This document shows positions 36,842 to 47,271 of a stretch of DNA of 64,000 nucleotides, piece by piece. Source of the DNA: an uncultured Candidatus Saccharibacteria bacterium (lineage in GTDB: Bacteria; Patescibacteriota; Minisyncoccia; GWC2-36-17; WO2-46-25); contig CAYHUB010000001.1 of assembly GCA_964359755.1 (NCBI GenBank), positions 39,797 to 103,796 on the forward strand, given 5' to 3'. The notes below the pieces were generated by a model. The model was not told where the DNA came from, ran no database searches, and saw only the letters and a program-made list of their open reading frames with translations. The translations under genes and the position numbers were made by a program. How positions within the stretch are numbered: position 1 is the first letter of the stretch; the number at the start of each line of letters is the position of its first letter.

Positions 36842-38566
36842 TTACTTCAGAGGAATTCCCGTGCCGCCGCGGGCAAAGATATATGCCGGCGTCGTATTTG
36901 CGCGGGAAAGCTTTTCCCACCACGGATATGCTCTGCGCATATGCCGTTCCATCGCGAGAAAGATCTGGCGCACTTCGTGGTTCACGGAGAATTTGCTCCG
37001 TTGCCAGTTGCAAAATTCGATTTCAAGCATATTTGAAGCAAGCAGGAAGCCGATCATATTGCCCAATGAAAGCGGATATTGCATGAGCTCATCCGGAACG
37101 CCCTTTTCCTTCATTTCCGTATACAGCGCGAGGTTCGCGGCATGTATCTTTTCAAATGCTTCCGTAAGCGCGGCAGGCGCTTGCTTGTCGTAGCGGTAAA
37201 ATCCAAGCAGGGGAGTGACATACGTACGCAGATGCGTGCAGAATCCCTGCCGCTGGACGTCGCGCCATCCGCGGAATGTTATCATTCCGGCAAATGAGGC
37301 GCTTGCGAGCTCAAATTCGTTCGGGAGCTTGTCGTATTCTCCTCTCGGCGTTTCAAGGAGTTTGCCGACAACATCCGCAAACGCTATACAGTGTTCGTAC
37401 CCGATCTTTCGTGAGAATGCGCGATAGATCGTTTCTTCAGCTATTGCCGGGCTGTCCATAACCACGACCGCGTCAATTTCTGCTAATGCGTCATTTCCTG
37501 CAAACGGGGCGGTCGAAAGATATTTCCATGATTCCTGCTTCCATGCGCTCGCCTCGGTGTGGCGGATGAATTGGTCAACGCCTGTTTTTTTTGCCTCGAC
37601 GAGAATCTCGTCCACCAGCGCGATATTTTCCGGCGTGTTGTCGAGTATGAGGTGCCGGATAAGCTCCTGGAGCCCTTCGCCCGATACATTCACGCCGACG
37701 GAAGTTTGGGTACCGCAAGGCAAGAAATTACCCAGCACGTCGCACGTTTCGCCGATCACGCCGCTTTCAAGGTCTTTCTCGTTTCCCGCAAACAATGCGC
37801 CGTACTGTTTCCGTAGAAACTGCGGGAACGGACCGGTGAATTTTTCGCCTTCAAGGTCGGTGTAGAACGAAAACGCTCCGTCCATGACATCCTGCACTTT
37901 TTTCTCGTCTACGCCGTACGTGGCAAGCTCCTTGTGTATCGGGTAGTAGCCGCGCTTGCTCATATCAACGTAGCGGGTAGAAAGCTCGATATAGCCGGCG
38001 CCGGGACGGCCCCATTCGAGCGATTTTGCCGCAAGCGCGGAGATCTGTTCAAAGCATATCCATATCGCGCCCATACGCGCGATGGAGTTGTGGCCGTACG
38101 CGTCGAGCCAGCGCTTCATGAACCGCATGATCTTTTCCGCGTGCGTGAGCTCCTCAAGGAATTTCGTGTCCACGCGCACCGCATCGCGAAATGCTTCCCA
38201 TGCTTTTTTTGTTTCTGACGAGTGCGCGACGAACGCGTCGAACGATGTGATGTTGTGATGCTTGAGAAATTGCATACCATCGCCGCCAAACTTCTCTGCG
38301 GTTTCTTTCAGCATGCTTGCGAGCATCTCCGGCATGAAGTTGTCCGCGAATATACCGCGCAAACCCCGCGGATTTTTCATGCGCGAGAACATGGACAACA
38401 GCGCCGTTCCGATGCTTTGCGGAAGCGTGTGCATCAGATACACTTTTTTTTCCGTGTTTGTGAAAAACGGAGCAAGCAATTCCTGCTCGAGTTTCGTGAA
38501 CGAATAGACCGGTGTTGCAACGAACGATCGTGCGTGTGCGAGTGCTGATTTTGGGTACGTATGCAT
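36842..38566 (-). CDS. thyX: Double-domain FAD-dependent thymidylate synthase-like protein
   Basis: YGH.SIA, E.STRYV, second domain RD.QR; adjacent to dcd, folD and glyA. Confidence 0.8.
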   Translation of the reverse strand: MHTYPKSALAHARSFVATPVYSFTKLEQELLAPFFTNTEKKVYLMHTLPQSIGTALLSMFSRMKNPRGLRGIFADNFMPEMLASMLKETAEKFGGDGMQFLKHHNITSFDAFVAHSSETKKAWEAFRDAVRVDTKFLEELTHAEKIMRFMKRWLDAYGHNSIARMGAIWICFEQISALAAKSLEWGRPGAGYIELSTRYVDMSKRGYYPIHKELATYGVDEKKVQDVMDGAFSFYTDLEGEKFTGPFPQFLRKQYGALFAGNEKDLESGVIGETCDVLGNFLPCGTQTSVGVNVSGEGLQELIRHLILDNTPENIALVDEILVEAKKTGVDQFIRHTEASAWKQESWKYLSTAPFAGNDALAEIDAVVVMDSPAIAEETIYRAFSRKIGYEHCIAFADVVGKLLETPRGEYDKLPNEFELASASFAGMITFRGWRDVQRQGFCTHLRTYVTPLLGFYRYDKQAPAALTEAFEKIHAANLALYTEMKEKGVPDELMQYPLSLGNMIGFLLASNMLEIEFCNWQRSKFSVNHEVRQIFLAMERHMRRAYPWWEKLSRANTTPAYIFARGGTGIPLK

Positions 38567-38655
38567 AGATTCCTCCTGTTAAGGTTATAGTTTATTGGTA
38601 AAGTGCACGGTGTGCATGATTTGTATCATAGCGCTGGAAAGGATGCAAATCATCA

Positions 38656-39444
38656 TCACTGTGCGGCGATAACACAATTGGTAAATAAATGAATAACGGT
38701 CAATGGGCCGATACCGCCGGGAACCGGGGTAAGGATCGCCGCGCGTGAGCGTACCTTCGCACCATGCACATCGCCGACGATCGTTCCTTTATAAATGCTC
38801 GCCCCCGCATCAATGACGCGCGCGCCCTTTTTCACTGTGGTAATAAGATTTGCTTTACCGACACCGGACACGATGATATCAGCATCTTTGGTGAGCGCGG
38901 AAATATTTTTTGTCGTGTGATTGGCGACGACGATATTATTAAACCCGCGCGCGCGTAAGAACGCATGAAGTGGTTTGCCGATAACACGGCCATAGCCGAT
39001 GATCGCGATGCGGTCAGATGTTTTCGGCGCACCGGCATAGGAAAGCATCTCCCAGATAGCGGCAACCGCAGGAGCGACGAATGGCGAGTTCCCGCGCAAA
39101 TTATCAACGTCTTTCTTTGCGGCAATCGCGGCAAGAACACGATCGGTATCTGTGCGCTTTGGTAGGGGAAGCTGCACGATAATGCCATGAACCGCGGTGT
39201 TCGCATTTAGTTTTTTAACCTGCGTGATGATGTAGTCGGTTGTTGTATTTTCGGGAAGGTGTAACAAAAAAAAGCCGCACCCAAGTTGTATTGCCATGCG
39301 TTCCTTTTGGCGCACATACGAAAGCGAAGCGGGGTCGTTTCCCACAAGCACCACCGCAAGCGCCGGCGGCGTTTTCATGCCGCGCACTTTTTTTGCGATA
39401 GCCCGTTCGTGTTTTTTTACAAATGGCGCGCTTGAAAGTATCAT
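38656..39444 (-). CDS. folD: Methylene-THF dehydrogenase/cyclohydrolase
   Basis: [35 protein letters not shown]. Confidence 0.93.
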   Translation of the reverse strand: MILSSAPFVKKHERAIAKKVRGMKTPPALAVVLVGNDPASLSYVRQKERMAIQLGCGFFLLHLPENTTTDYIITQVKKLNANTAVHGIIVQLPLPKRTDTDRVLAAIAAKKDVDNLRGNSPFVAPAVAAIWEMLSYAGAPKTSDRIAIIGYGRVIGKPLHAFLRARGFNNIVVANHTTKNISALTKDADIIVSGVGKANLITTVKKGARVIDAGASIYKGTIVGDVHGAKVRSRAAILTPVPGGIGPLTVIHLFTNCVIAAQ

Positions 39445-40667
39445 CGTGACGTAAGTTCGCGTACTGCGCTTTTTGTTTTTTCTTTTTGTTCGTCGGTCGG
39501 GTTTTTGAGCGTATCTGCGATGAGCTTGCCGATAACTTTCATTTCCGCTTCTTTCATGCCTCGCGCGGTGAGCGCCGGCGTGCCAAGACGGATACCCGAC
39601 GGGTCTGCGGGTTTGCGCGTGTCAAACGGGATCATATTGAAATTTGCGTAGATATCGCACTCGGCAAGCGCGTCCGCGCCTTGCTTGCCTGAAATACCAA
39701 GCCCTGTGCAATCAATGATCATTAAATGCGTATCGGTGCCGCCTGATACGAGGCGCAACCCTTCGCTCATCAGCGCTTCTGCGAGCACTTTTGCATTTTT
39801 TACGATCTGTTGTTGATATTTTTTATACTCGTCCGTCATCGCTTCTTTAAAACATACCGCTTTTGCCGCGATAATGTGCTCAAGCGGACCGCCCTGCATG
39901 CCGGGGAACACCGTTTTGTCGATCTGTTTTGCAAATTGCTCTTTGCATAAAATAATGGCACTACGAGGACCGCGCAGTGTTTTGGTGGTTGTGGTCATGA
40001 CGACATCATGCGTTGGCACAGGACTTTCGTGCACACCCCCGACGACAAGCCCTGCGATGTGCGACATATCCGCCATCGCGTATGCCCCGACCTCTCGCGC
40101 AATTTCAGCGAAGCGCGAAAAGGGGACTGCTCGAGGATATGCGGTGAAGCCCGAAACAATAAGTTTCGGCTTTACTTCCCGCGCAAGCGCCGCAACTTTA
40201 TCCATATCCAATACTTCCGTGTCTTGCTCAACGCCGTAATGTACAAAGTTAAACAGTTTTCCCGAAAGCGACACGGGGTGGCCGTGCGTGAGATGACCGC
40301 CATGCGAAAGGTTCATCGCTAAAATAGTATCGCCCGGTTCAAGGAGCGCGAAATAACACGCGAGATTCGCCTGCGAGCCGGCGTGCGGCTGGACATTCGC
40401 GTGTTCCGCACCGAATAACGCTTTTGCGCGGTCAATGGCAAGCTGTTCTATCTGGTCGATATACTGAGCTCCCGTGTAGTAGCGTTTGCCCGGATACCCT
40501 TCGGCGTATTTATTGGTGAGTACCGTCCCTGCGGCCTCAAGTACCGCGTCAGATGCGATGTTTTCAGATGCGATCATTAAAAGCCCTTCCTGCTGGCGCT
40601 TTTCTTCCTGCGCGATAAGCGCATCGAGTTCGGGGTCAACCTGTGGCAGATGATGTCGTGGGATCAT
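39441..40667 (-). CDS. glyA: Serine hydroxymethyltransferase
   Basis: [41 protein letters not shown]; start ATG 40667. Confidence 0.97.
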   Translation of the reverse strand: MIPRHHLPQVDPELDALIAQEEKRQQEGLLMIASENIASDAVLEAAGTVLTNKYAEGYPGKRYYTGAQYIDQIEQLAIDRAKALFGAEHANVQPHAGSQANLACYFALLEPGDTILAMNLSHGGHLTHGHPVSLSGKLFNFVHYGVEQDTEVLDMDKVAALAREVKPKLIVSGFTAYPRAVPFSRFAEIAREVGAYAMADMSHIAGLVVGGVHESPVPTHDVVMTTTTKTLRGPRSAIILCKEQFAKQIDKTVFPGMQGGPLEHIIAAKAVCFKEAMTDEYKKYQQQIVKNAKVLAEALMSEGLRLVSGGTDTHLMIIDCTGLGISGKQGADALAECDIYANFNMIPFDTRKPADPSGIRLGTPALTARGMKEAEMKVIGKLIADTLKNPTDEQKEKTKSAVRELTSR

Positions 40668-40674
40668 TGTGTAT

Positions 40675-40704
40675 ATAGTACGACAGAGCGCCTCTACAGT
40701 GCAA
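40675..40704 (-). promoter_or_regulatory. Promoter 7 nt before the glyA ATG
   Basis: TTGCAC-18nt-TACTAT. Confidence 0.55.
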
Positions 40705-40738
40705 ATTCTGTATAAGCATCGCGGGGCAGGAACGATCT

Positions 40739-42763
40739 TTACCACAAAAATACTTCCAATTTCACTTCAGCATCATACGTATCGCTACTTTCAGCTCCGG
40801 AATATGCTTCGGTTATTTTTGATCCTATAAATATCAATTTCCATTTCGGGCCGCCTCGATAACCAACCTCCGCGCTGATCTTTTCAGACGAGGGAATAAA
40901 TCTTTCGTATTCTGATGTTGCTTTTTCATAGCCCAATTCACCCTTCCATTTCTCGCTGGCAACGCCACCTTTAATTTTAATTTTTTTACCCCAATCAAGC
41001 TCGCTCCCCGCCGCTTCTAAATTTAAAACTTGCACCTCATTGACCTTTACTCCTGTTCCAACGGTGAATGTTTTTGCCACCTCTTTTATTATTGGATCCT
41101 GGTTCTGGAAATCATTTTTTTGTTCGCGAAACATTTCCTGTGCACCGATATAAAATTTCCCGGTTTCGGAAGGATTGATATATATCAACCTCATTCCCGC
41201 CCCAGCTTCACTCATGTTACTCATAGTTCCAATTCCTATTTCTTCATCAAGCGGCAAACTCAAAGCTCCCTGAAAAGTCGCGCCAAAATTCAATATAAAT
41301 TTCCCGTAATCTTCTTTGGTAAATGCATGACTGTCTATGTAATCTGCCGCCAAGCGGGTGATAATTTCATCTTGCGCAACATTGCCTCCATATAAATCTT
41401 TTATGTTCATATGCACTACGGTCGCATCTGCCTCAAATCCAAGCCTCTCGCTTTTTACATTCAATCTCCCCCGTAAGGCGTTCAAATCTTCTAATGATTG
41501 ATATGGATTATTGTTAAAATCCTGAAAATTAAAATATGCCACGGCAAAAGTATCTTTGTTTAATTTGATTTCTTTGACTTCCGGGCTTACGTTGATCTCA
41601 AGTCCTCTTTCTTTTTTAAGCTCACCGCTTGAAAGTTCTCCTTCCAGTCTTTCCGCTGTTTCTTCAATTCCCGCCGCTTTTTCAACTACCTCCTGCGCGC
41701 GACTTTTCACTGGAAATAGCACTTCTTTTTCATTACTAACGAAGGAATGAAATGTCGCTACTGACCTATGGTATCGCTCTGCAACACCAAGAGCCTCCGG
41801 ATATTTCTCTGTGTCAGTTAGTATTAAGGTCCCATAATCACTAAAACCTATTTTCCTTTTCCCGTTAATATCCAGAGCAAATCCAGACCAAACATGTCCG
41901 CCCTGCTCGGTAGAGCCGTTTTGTAGCCATGCTTCCAATCCAAGACTTTTGGCTATTTTTGTCAAAAAAGTATGAATATTGCCGCAGATGCCAGTTCTGG
42001 TGATTTTTCCTGTCATTAATAACTCTCTGAGCGCAGAAAACATTGCGTCATCAGAAATTTCGATATGTTGATTTTTCTCAAGCATATCGAAGTTATAGGT
42101 TCGTCCAAGTGCATTCCCTATATATTGTAAAACTAGGGTTTTTTGATCATCGCTTAATTTATTCTTTTCACCGGATAATGCAGTAAAAAACTCCTTGGAA
42201 TTATTTGATTGAAATATAGAATTCAATTCCGTATCTATCGCACTGTCAAATTCTTGGTGTGAAAGATCTTTATAAAAATCAGAGCCGATCATGGTATTGT
42301 AACCATTAGCCTGTATTGCTTCCGGCCTTCCTTTTGGTATTTTCTCAAATTCACCACTAACAGAGATCTCTATCTTGTCGGCGAACTTCTCCCAATCAAA
42401 CGGCGCAAACTCGTCTTTTTTGTCGGAAGCGATCATTTTTTCAAATAACTCCTGCGGGGATAGCTTTTCTATTGTTGTTTCTTCTATCTGGTTTTCCGGA
42501 GACAATTTCCCCTTGTTTATTTCCTCCTTCTTAAGTCCCTCGGCAAAAGTAGATGCTGCGCTCGTAACTATCGAAAGCGCCGCGAGGCAAGCGACGGCCT
42601 CCTTTTTAAATTTCTCCGGCACTAATTTCATTAAAAAACCCTCGGTTTCTTTTTGGATGACCGATTCCTTTTCGTTAAAATCTTCAAAGATCGCCTCTTT
42701 TTCTTCCGGCGAAGTCTCTTCTTCGAGATATTCCTTTTCGAGTTCGAAATTATTTTCAGACAT
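40739..42763 (-). CDS. Hypothetical: transglutaminase-like domain plus predicted C-terminal beta-barrel
   Basis: G.C260..IH, GH290VW, D309; amphipathic strands ending EVKLEVFLW; AT-rich. The ORF is clear, the domains are inferred. Confidence 0.6.
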   Translation of the reverse strand: MSENNFELEKEYLEEETSPEEKEAIFEDFNEKESVIQKETEGFLMKLVPEKFKKEAVACLAALSIVTSAASTFAEGLKKEEINKGKLSPENQIEETTIEKLSPQELFEKMIASDKKDEFAPFDWEKFADKIEISVSGEFEKIPKGRPEAIQANGYNTMIGSDFYKDLSHQEFDSAIDTELNSIFQSNNSKEFFTALSGEKNKLSDDQKTLVLQYIGNALGRTYNFDMLEKNQHIEISDDAMFSALRELLMTGKITRTGICGNIHTFLTKIAKSLGLEAWLQNGSTEQGGHVWSGFALDINGKRKIGFSDYGTLILTDTEKYPEALGVAERYHRSVATFHSFVSNEKEVLFPVKSRAQEVVEKAAGIEETAERLEGELSSGELKKERGLEINVSPEVKEIKLNKDTFAVAYFNFQDFNNNPYQSLEDLNALRGRLNVKSERLGFEADATVVHMNIKDLYGGNVAQDEIITRLAADYIDSHAFTKEDYGKFILNFGATFQGALSLPLDEEIGIGTMSNMSEAGAGMRLIYINPSETGKFYIGAQEMFREQKNDFQNQDPIIKEVAKTFTVGTGVKVNEVQVLNLEAAGSELDWGKKIKIKGGVASEKWKGELGYEKATSEYERFIPSSEKISAEVGYRGGPKWKLIFIGSKITEAYSGAESSDTYDAEVKLEVFLW

Positions 42764-42770
42764 AGTAGTA

Positions 42771-43046
42771 TTATTCTATTTCCTTCATCAGACCATGTAT
42801 CTCCTTGTGTTCCAGATCCAAAATTTCTTCCGCCAAATCTTTTGTCGGGTTTTTTGCAAATTCAATCTTCTTTTTGAGCAAATTCACAAATAGACCGATC
42901 TTATCCGGAAATCCCAAAAAAATCCCCATCAACTGCTGTCTTTTTTGAAAAGAAAAAGAACTCAAAAAATCACGGACCAATTGCTGGTTTTCGCTTGATA
43001 TGCCCGGGCTATCTATAACATTTTTTAATTCGCTCCAGTCTTTCAT
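42771..43046 (-). CDS. Small hypothetical helical protein (91 aa)
   Basis: ORF 7 nt upstream of the 674-aa gene; TGnTAGCAT 9 nt before ATG. Confidence 0.7.
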   Translation of the reverse strand: MKDWSELKNVIDSPGISSENQQLVRDFLSSFSFQKRQQLMGIFLGFPDKIGLFVNLLKKKIEFAKNPTKDLAEEILDLEHKEIHGLMKEIE

Positions 43047-43092
43047 ATGTTTAAAATGCTACCACGCGCGTTTACACAGCGCAAATTCTGCG

Positions 43093-44376
43093 TTATTTCA
43101 GAAATTCTTTACTTCGTACCTTTCGATGATATGAAACAGCAAACCGATGCGCTTCGTCGCGGACACGCTGGATGAATAATGCACACTCATTTCCCAACCG
43201 CGAAGAAGGGAGCGGGCGCGCAGACGACGGGGTATATATTTCTTCCTCTCGTTTTGCGATCGCAAACACAAGCTGGTTGGCGGGGAGCACAGCGCGCGCC
43301 GCGGAAAGCTGTCCTTTGCCGCCATCGATAATAATGAGGTCCGGCTTTTGCCATTCCGCATGCTTCATACGGCGGCTCATAATCTCATGCATCATTTTCG
43401 GGTCATTGGGTTCGTCTCCGGAATATCTGATTTTGAACCTGCGATATTCGTTTTTGTTCGGCGCGCCGTTTTTAAATACAACCATCGAGCCGACCGCATG
43501 CTTTCCGCCGATGTTTGAAATGTCATATCCTTCAACGCGGCTGATCAGGCGCGAGGTGGCGAGAAACTTCTGAAGAGACCCCTGTATTTTTTTCCATTCC
43601 GCGGTATCAGACTCGGTGCGCAGGGCAAATCGCTCGAGTGCCGGGCGATGCGCGAATATTTTTTGCAGATAAATAATTTTGCGTTTGAGTTCCTCCGCAT
43701 CTTGAAATCGCTCTTCTATAGCGGCGCGTTTCATGTCTTTTTCCAGTTTCCTCATGATCTGTTGGCGCTTACCGCTTAAGATGCGCGCGATCGCCTGAAT
43801 ATTTTTTTTTGTTTGCGCACGCGCCGAGGGGTACGCGCACGCGCCGAGGCATTTCCCGAGGTGATAATCAAAGCACGGTTTTTGCGACGGTCGCGCGGTG
43901 CAGTACGGGTAGATACGGCGCATATTTCGCAATGTTTGTTTGAGCGCCGCGCCGTCGGTAAATGGTCCGATGACCTTCAGGTCGCGCTGAAGCAGGGTAA
44001 GTTTTTTATCTCGTTCCGGCTGATGGGTGATGAATATGCGCGGATATTCTTTTTCAGCGGTGATGCAAGTGTAGTGATAGCTTTTGTCGTCGCGAAAGAC
44101 AACGTTGAATTTCGGGCGATATGCTTTAATGTAGTGCGCCTCCTCAATGAGCGCGTCGATCGCGGATACGCATACCTTCCATTCTATGTGCGCGATCTCT
44201 TTGTGCAGCGCGGCGAGCTTGGGGGATCGTTCTGTAGTGCGCGCAAAATACTGGCGTACTCTGTTTTTGAGAACGCTTGCCTTGCCGACGTAGATCACCT
44301 CATCCTTTTTATTTTTGAAAAAGTAAATGCCGGGCGCTGGGGGAAGCTTTTGCAGTTGGCGCGCGATTGTTTCCAT
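43093..44376 (-). CDS. uvrC: Excinuclease ABC subunit C (short form lacking HhH)
   Basis: GIY-YIG (PGIY..YVGKA..L..RV), UVR domain, EGYDISN, IIDGGKGQ, RDEAHRFA. Confidence 0.93.
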   Translation of the reverse strand: METIARQLQKLPPAPGIYFFKNKKDEVIYVGKASVLKNRVRQYFARTTERSPKLAALHKEIAHIEWKVCVSAIDALIEEAHYIKAYRPKFNVVFRDDKSYHYTCITAEKEYPRIFITHQPERDKKLTLLQRDLKVIGPFTDGAALKQTLRNMRRIYPYCTARPSQKPCFDYHLGKCLGACAYPSARAQTKKNIQAIARILSGKRQQIMRKLEKDMKRAAIEERFQDAEELKRKIIYLQKIFAHRPALERFALRTESDTAEWKKIQGSLQKFLATSRLISRVEGYDISNIGGKHAVGSMVVFKNGAPNKNEYRRFKIRYSGDEPNDPKMMHEIMSRRMKHAEWQKPDLIIIDGGKGQLSAARAVLPANQLVFAIAKREEEIYTPSSARPLPSSRLGNECALFIQRVRDEAHRFAVSYHRKVRSKEFLK

Positions 44377-44405
44377 TGTGCCGTAAAAAGTTTATAATAA
44401 GGAAC

Positions 44406-45734
44406 GTGGAACCACTTATTAAAATTGAGGACCTTTCGCTCGTATACGATAAAGGGAAGCCGAATGAAACGAAAGCGCTTGCCGACATCAATGCCGAGAT
44501 CTATCCGAGCGAATTCATTATCTTTTACGGGCCGTCAGGATGCGGAAAATCAACACTCTTGTATGTTATCGCCGCGATGCAGAAACCGACCGAAGGGAGA
44601 GTATTGGTTGAGGGTTTACCTATCAGCCAGATGAAGGATGTTGAGGTCACGAAATACCGGCAAAACAGCATCGGTATGGTGTTTCAGCAATATAATCTTA
44701 TACCATCTTTAAGCGTTATCGACAATGTTGCTATTCCGCAGACATTCAAAAGCGTTTCACGTTCCGAGCGATCCGAAAAGGCTCAAAAACTGCTTGATCG
44801 GTTCGGTATCGGCGCATTTTCAAAACGTTTAACCACCGAGCTTTCCGGCGGTCAGCAGCAGCGTGTTTCGATCGCGCGCTCGCTTATCAACGACACGCCG
44901 ATCATCCTTGCGGACGAGCCGACCGGTAACCTCGATTCGAAATCGTCGCAAAACGTGCTCGACATTCTTCAGGAGTTGAATGAAAAAGACAAGAAGGCGG
45001 TTATTTTGGTGACGCACGACCCAAACCAGCTGCAATATGCGCATCGCGTCTTTCATATGAAAGACGGAAAGCTCATCCGGCAAACGATAAATCCGCAGCG
45101 GCCCCAGCGCATTGATTCGCAGACAAGAGAAAAAATTACAAAATCATTCTCCGACGTGTCGTCGGCGATCGTGGACATTCTTTCCGTGTATCCCGAGCTG
45201 ACCGAATCGCGCCTGAAATCAAAAGCGATCGTGAATTATCTCATGTCCGAATTCGACACGACGCAGATCGACCGGCTTGAACGGCTCGTGGAGGATCGTA
45301 TTCTCGGGAAGATCAGCAAGGATGATTTCCACGGTATGCTTGATGATCCGATGGAACAAGGAGGCGCGGGCCTTAATTATCAGACAGCAAAGAAAATCGG
45401 CGATTCCATAGAGGTGTTGCTTGCGGAAACCGATACCATACAAAAAGACATCGAAATGATCGACAAAACCCCGACGGCGAGTGATGATGCGGTGCGGGAG
45501 ATCCGCGGACAACTGTCAGATGCGCTTGCATCACCCTTATCGGAAGAACAGCTGACGCGGCTGTCCGACCTTATCAAGCGGCATGTCGTCGGTGCGGTGG
45601 ATAAGACGGGCTTTCTCAAAGAGCTTGATATGAGTTTCAGCCACGGAGGCGTGGGGTTGCGCAAAGAGATCGCGGAAGACATGACGCGAAGAATGGAAAT
45701 GTTGCTTATCAAATTTAAGGATTTCACCGAATAA
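44406..45734 (+). CDS. MacB/LolD-type ABC ATPase with a long C-terminal extension
   Basis: GPSGCGKS, LSGGQQQR, ILADEPTGNLD, VTHD; GTG start chosen. Confidence 0.92.
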   Translation: MEPLIKIEDLSLVYDKGKPNETKALADINAEIYPSEFIIFYGPSGCGKSTLLYVIAAMQKPTEGRVLVEGLPISQMKDVEVTKYRQNSIGMVFQQYNLIPSLSVIDNVAIPQTFKSVSRSERSEKAQKLLDRFGIGAFSKRLTTELSGGQQQRVSIARSLINDTPIILADEPTGNLDSKSSQNVLDILQELNEKDKKAVILVTHDPNQLQYAHRVFHMKDGKLIRQTINPQRPQRIDSQTREKITKSFSDVSSAIVDILSVYPELTESRLKSKAIVNYLMSEFDTTQIDRLERLVEDRILGKISKDDFHGMLDDPMEQGGAGLNYQTAKKIGDSIEVLLAETDTIQKDIEMIDKTPTASDDAVREIRGQLSDALASPLSEEQLTRLSDLIKRHVVGAVDKTGFLKELDMSFSHGGVGLRKEIAEDMTRRMEMLLIKFKDFTE

Positions 45735-45741
45735 AGAATTT

Positions 45742-46941
45742 ATGCGTATTCCCGATATTTTTCAGCTGTCAACCAGAATGTTTCGCTCGCGCCTCATGCG
45801 TACGTTTTTGACGATCCTCGGCATCGGCATCGGTATTGGTGCGATCATGTTCTTGGTGTCGCTCGGATACGGGCTCCAGCGCGCTCTTATTTCACAGATT
45901 ACCAGCTCTGATTCGCTGTTGTCGCTTGACGTGGTACAGGGGGAAAAAGCGGCGCTCGTACTTGATACCTCGGTAATCGATACGATCAGGGCATTCCCTG
46001 AAGTAAAAGATATTGAACCATTAGTAAGTTTAAAAGGGCAGGTGATCTATGAAAACACCACCGCCGACATCATTGCGAGCATCACAACGGCAAACTTTCT
46101 CAAATTTTCCAATCTGAAAGTGGTGGACGGAGCTATGTTCGATCAGAACAAAAACGAGATCCTTATCTCAAAAGCGGTGGCGCGCGTACTTAATATTGAA
46201 GATACAAAAACGATCATAGGAAAGGAGGTTAATATTTCCTTTCTTGCGACCACGCTTACCGATGGAGCATATGAACAGCTCGACATGATAGCCCAACCGG
46301 GAAAATTCATCGTTGCCGGCGTGGTGGGCGATGAGTCGTCGTCATTCATTTTTTTCCCGCTGAGCAAGGTAAGCGGGATTACGCTCGACGCGTATTCGCA
46401 GGCGAAGGTCAGGGTCACCGGGACGGAAACACTTGATGTTGTGCGGAATAAAATCCTCGATATGGGGTTTTCGGTCGCGGCGCTTTCTGATGTGATCGAT
46501 CAGGCAAATAAGATTTTCAACGTTCTTCAGATAATTCTTGCGATCTTCGGCATTGTGGCATTGGTCGTATCGGCGATCGGAATGTTTAATACCATGACCA
46601 TTGCACTCATGGAACGCACGCAGGAGGTCGGCATCATGAAAGCGCTCGGCGCATCACAAAAAGATATCATGTACATGTTCATCACCGAATCGGTGATTAT
46701 GGGCTTTTTGGGAGGAGTGGTAGGACTTATAATTGGATTTCTGGGAGGCGAGGCATTCAACTATTTTCTTAATTTTCTCGCGAAGCGCGCCGGCGGGAAC
46801 ACCATAGATATTTTTTATACGCCTTTGTGGTTTGTGGTCACTATCGCAGTGTTTTCGACATTTGTCGGTTTTATTACCGGTCTGTGGCCTGCACGGCGTG
46901 CGGCGAAGCTCAATCCGCTTGAAGCGGTGAAGTATAAGTAA
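45742..46941 (+). CDS. MacB/FtsX-family ABC permease
   Basis: RTFLT.LGI.IG, ERT.EVGIMKALGA, PARRAA.L.P.EA. Confidence 0.94.
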   Translation: MRIPDIFQLSTRMFRSRLMRTFLTILGIGIGIGAIMFLVSLGYGLQRALISQITSSDSLLSLDVVQGEKAALVLDTSVIDTIRAFPEVKDIEPLVSLKGQVIYENTTADIIASITTANFLKFSNLKVVDGAMFDQNKNEILISKAVARVLNIEDTKTIIGKEVNISFLATTLTDGAYEQLDMIAQPGKFIVAGVVGDESSSFIFFPLSKVSGITLDAYSQAKVRVTGTETLDVVRNKILDMGFSVAALSDVIDQANKIFNVLQIILAIFGIVALVVSAIGMFNTMTIALMERTQEVGIMKALGASQKDIMYMFITESVIMGFLGGVVGLIIGFLGGEAFNYFLNFLAKRAGGNTIDIFYTPLWFVVTIAVFSTFVGFITGLWPARRAAKLNPLEAVKYK

Positions 46942-47007
46942 CAGCCGGGTGTTGTTTTTAGCGGAAGCCGTGGTATACTGACAAAAAATAAGAGGGGGAG
47001 GTGTGAT

Positions 47008-47208
47008 ATGGCAAAAATAGAGCTCATTGAAAATACCTGCACAATACGCAAGATGACTTTAGAGTCAAAGGAAGCATGTTTGCTTGACAACTGCGCACGC
47101 GAGCAAGCGTGTCCTGGCAAGAACAATCGCCGTGACAACGATTTCATCTGCAATTTGCAGGAATTACTGTCACTCTACAAGAGAGCGGCAGAGAGAAACA
47201 AAGAATAA
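47008..47208 (+). CDS. Small Cys-rich hypothetical protein (66 aa)
   Basis: SD GGAGGTG; TGGTATACT extended -10; five Cys; hairpin-T terminator 47206-47232. Confidence 0.7.
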   Translation: MAKIELIENTCTIRKMTLESKEACLLDNCAREQACPGKNNRRDNDFICNLQELLSLYKRAAERNKE

Positions 47209-47242
47209 AAGCCCAAAAAAAGGCTTTTATTTCTTTTTAAAA

Positions 47243-47271
47243 TTGACATCTTATAAGGGTTTTTGTACGAT
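47243..47271 (+). promoter_or_regulatory. Sigma70 promoter for secDF
   Basis: TTGACA-17nt-TACGAT. Confidence 0.7.
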
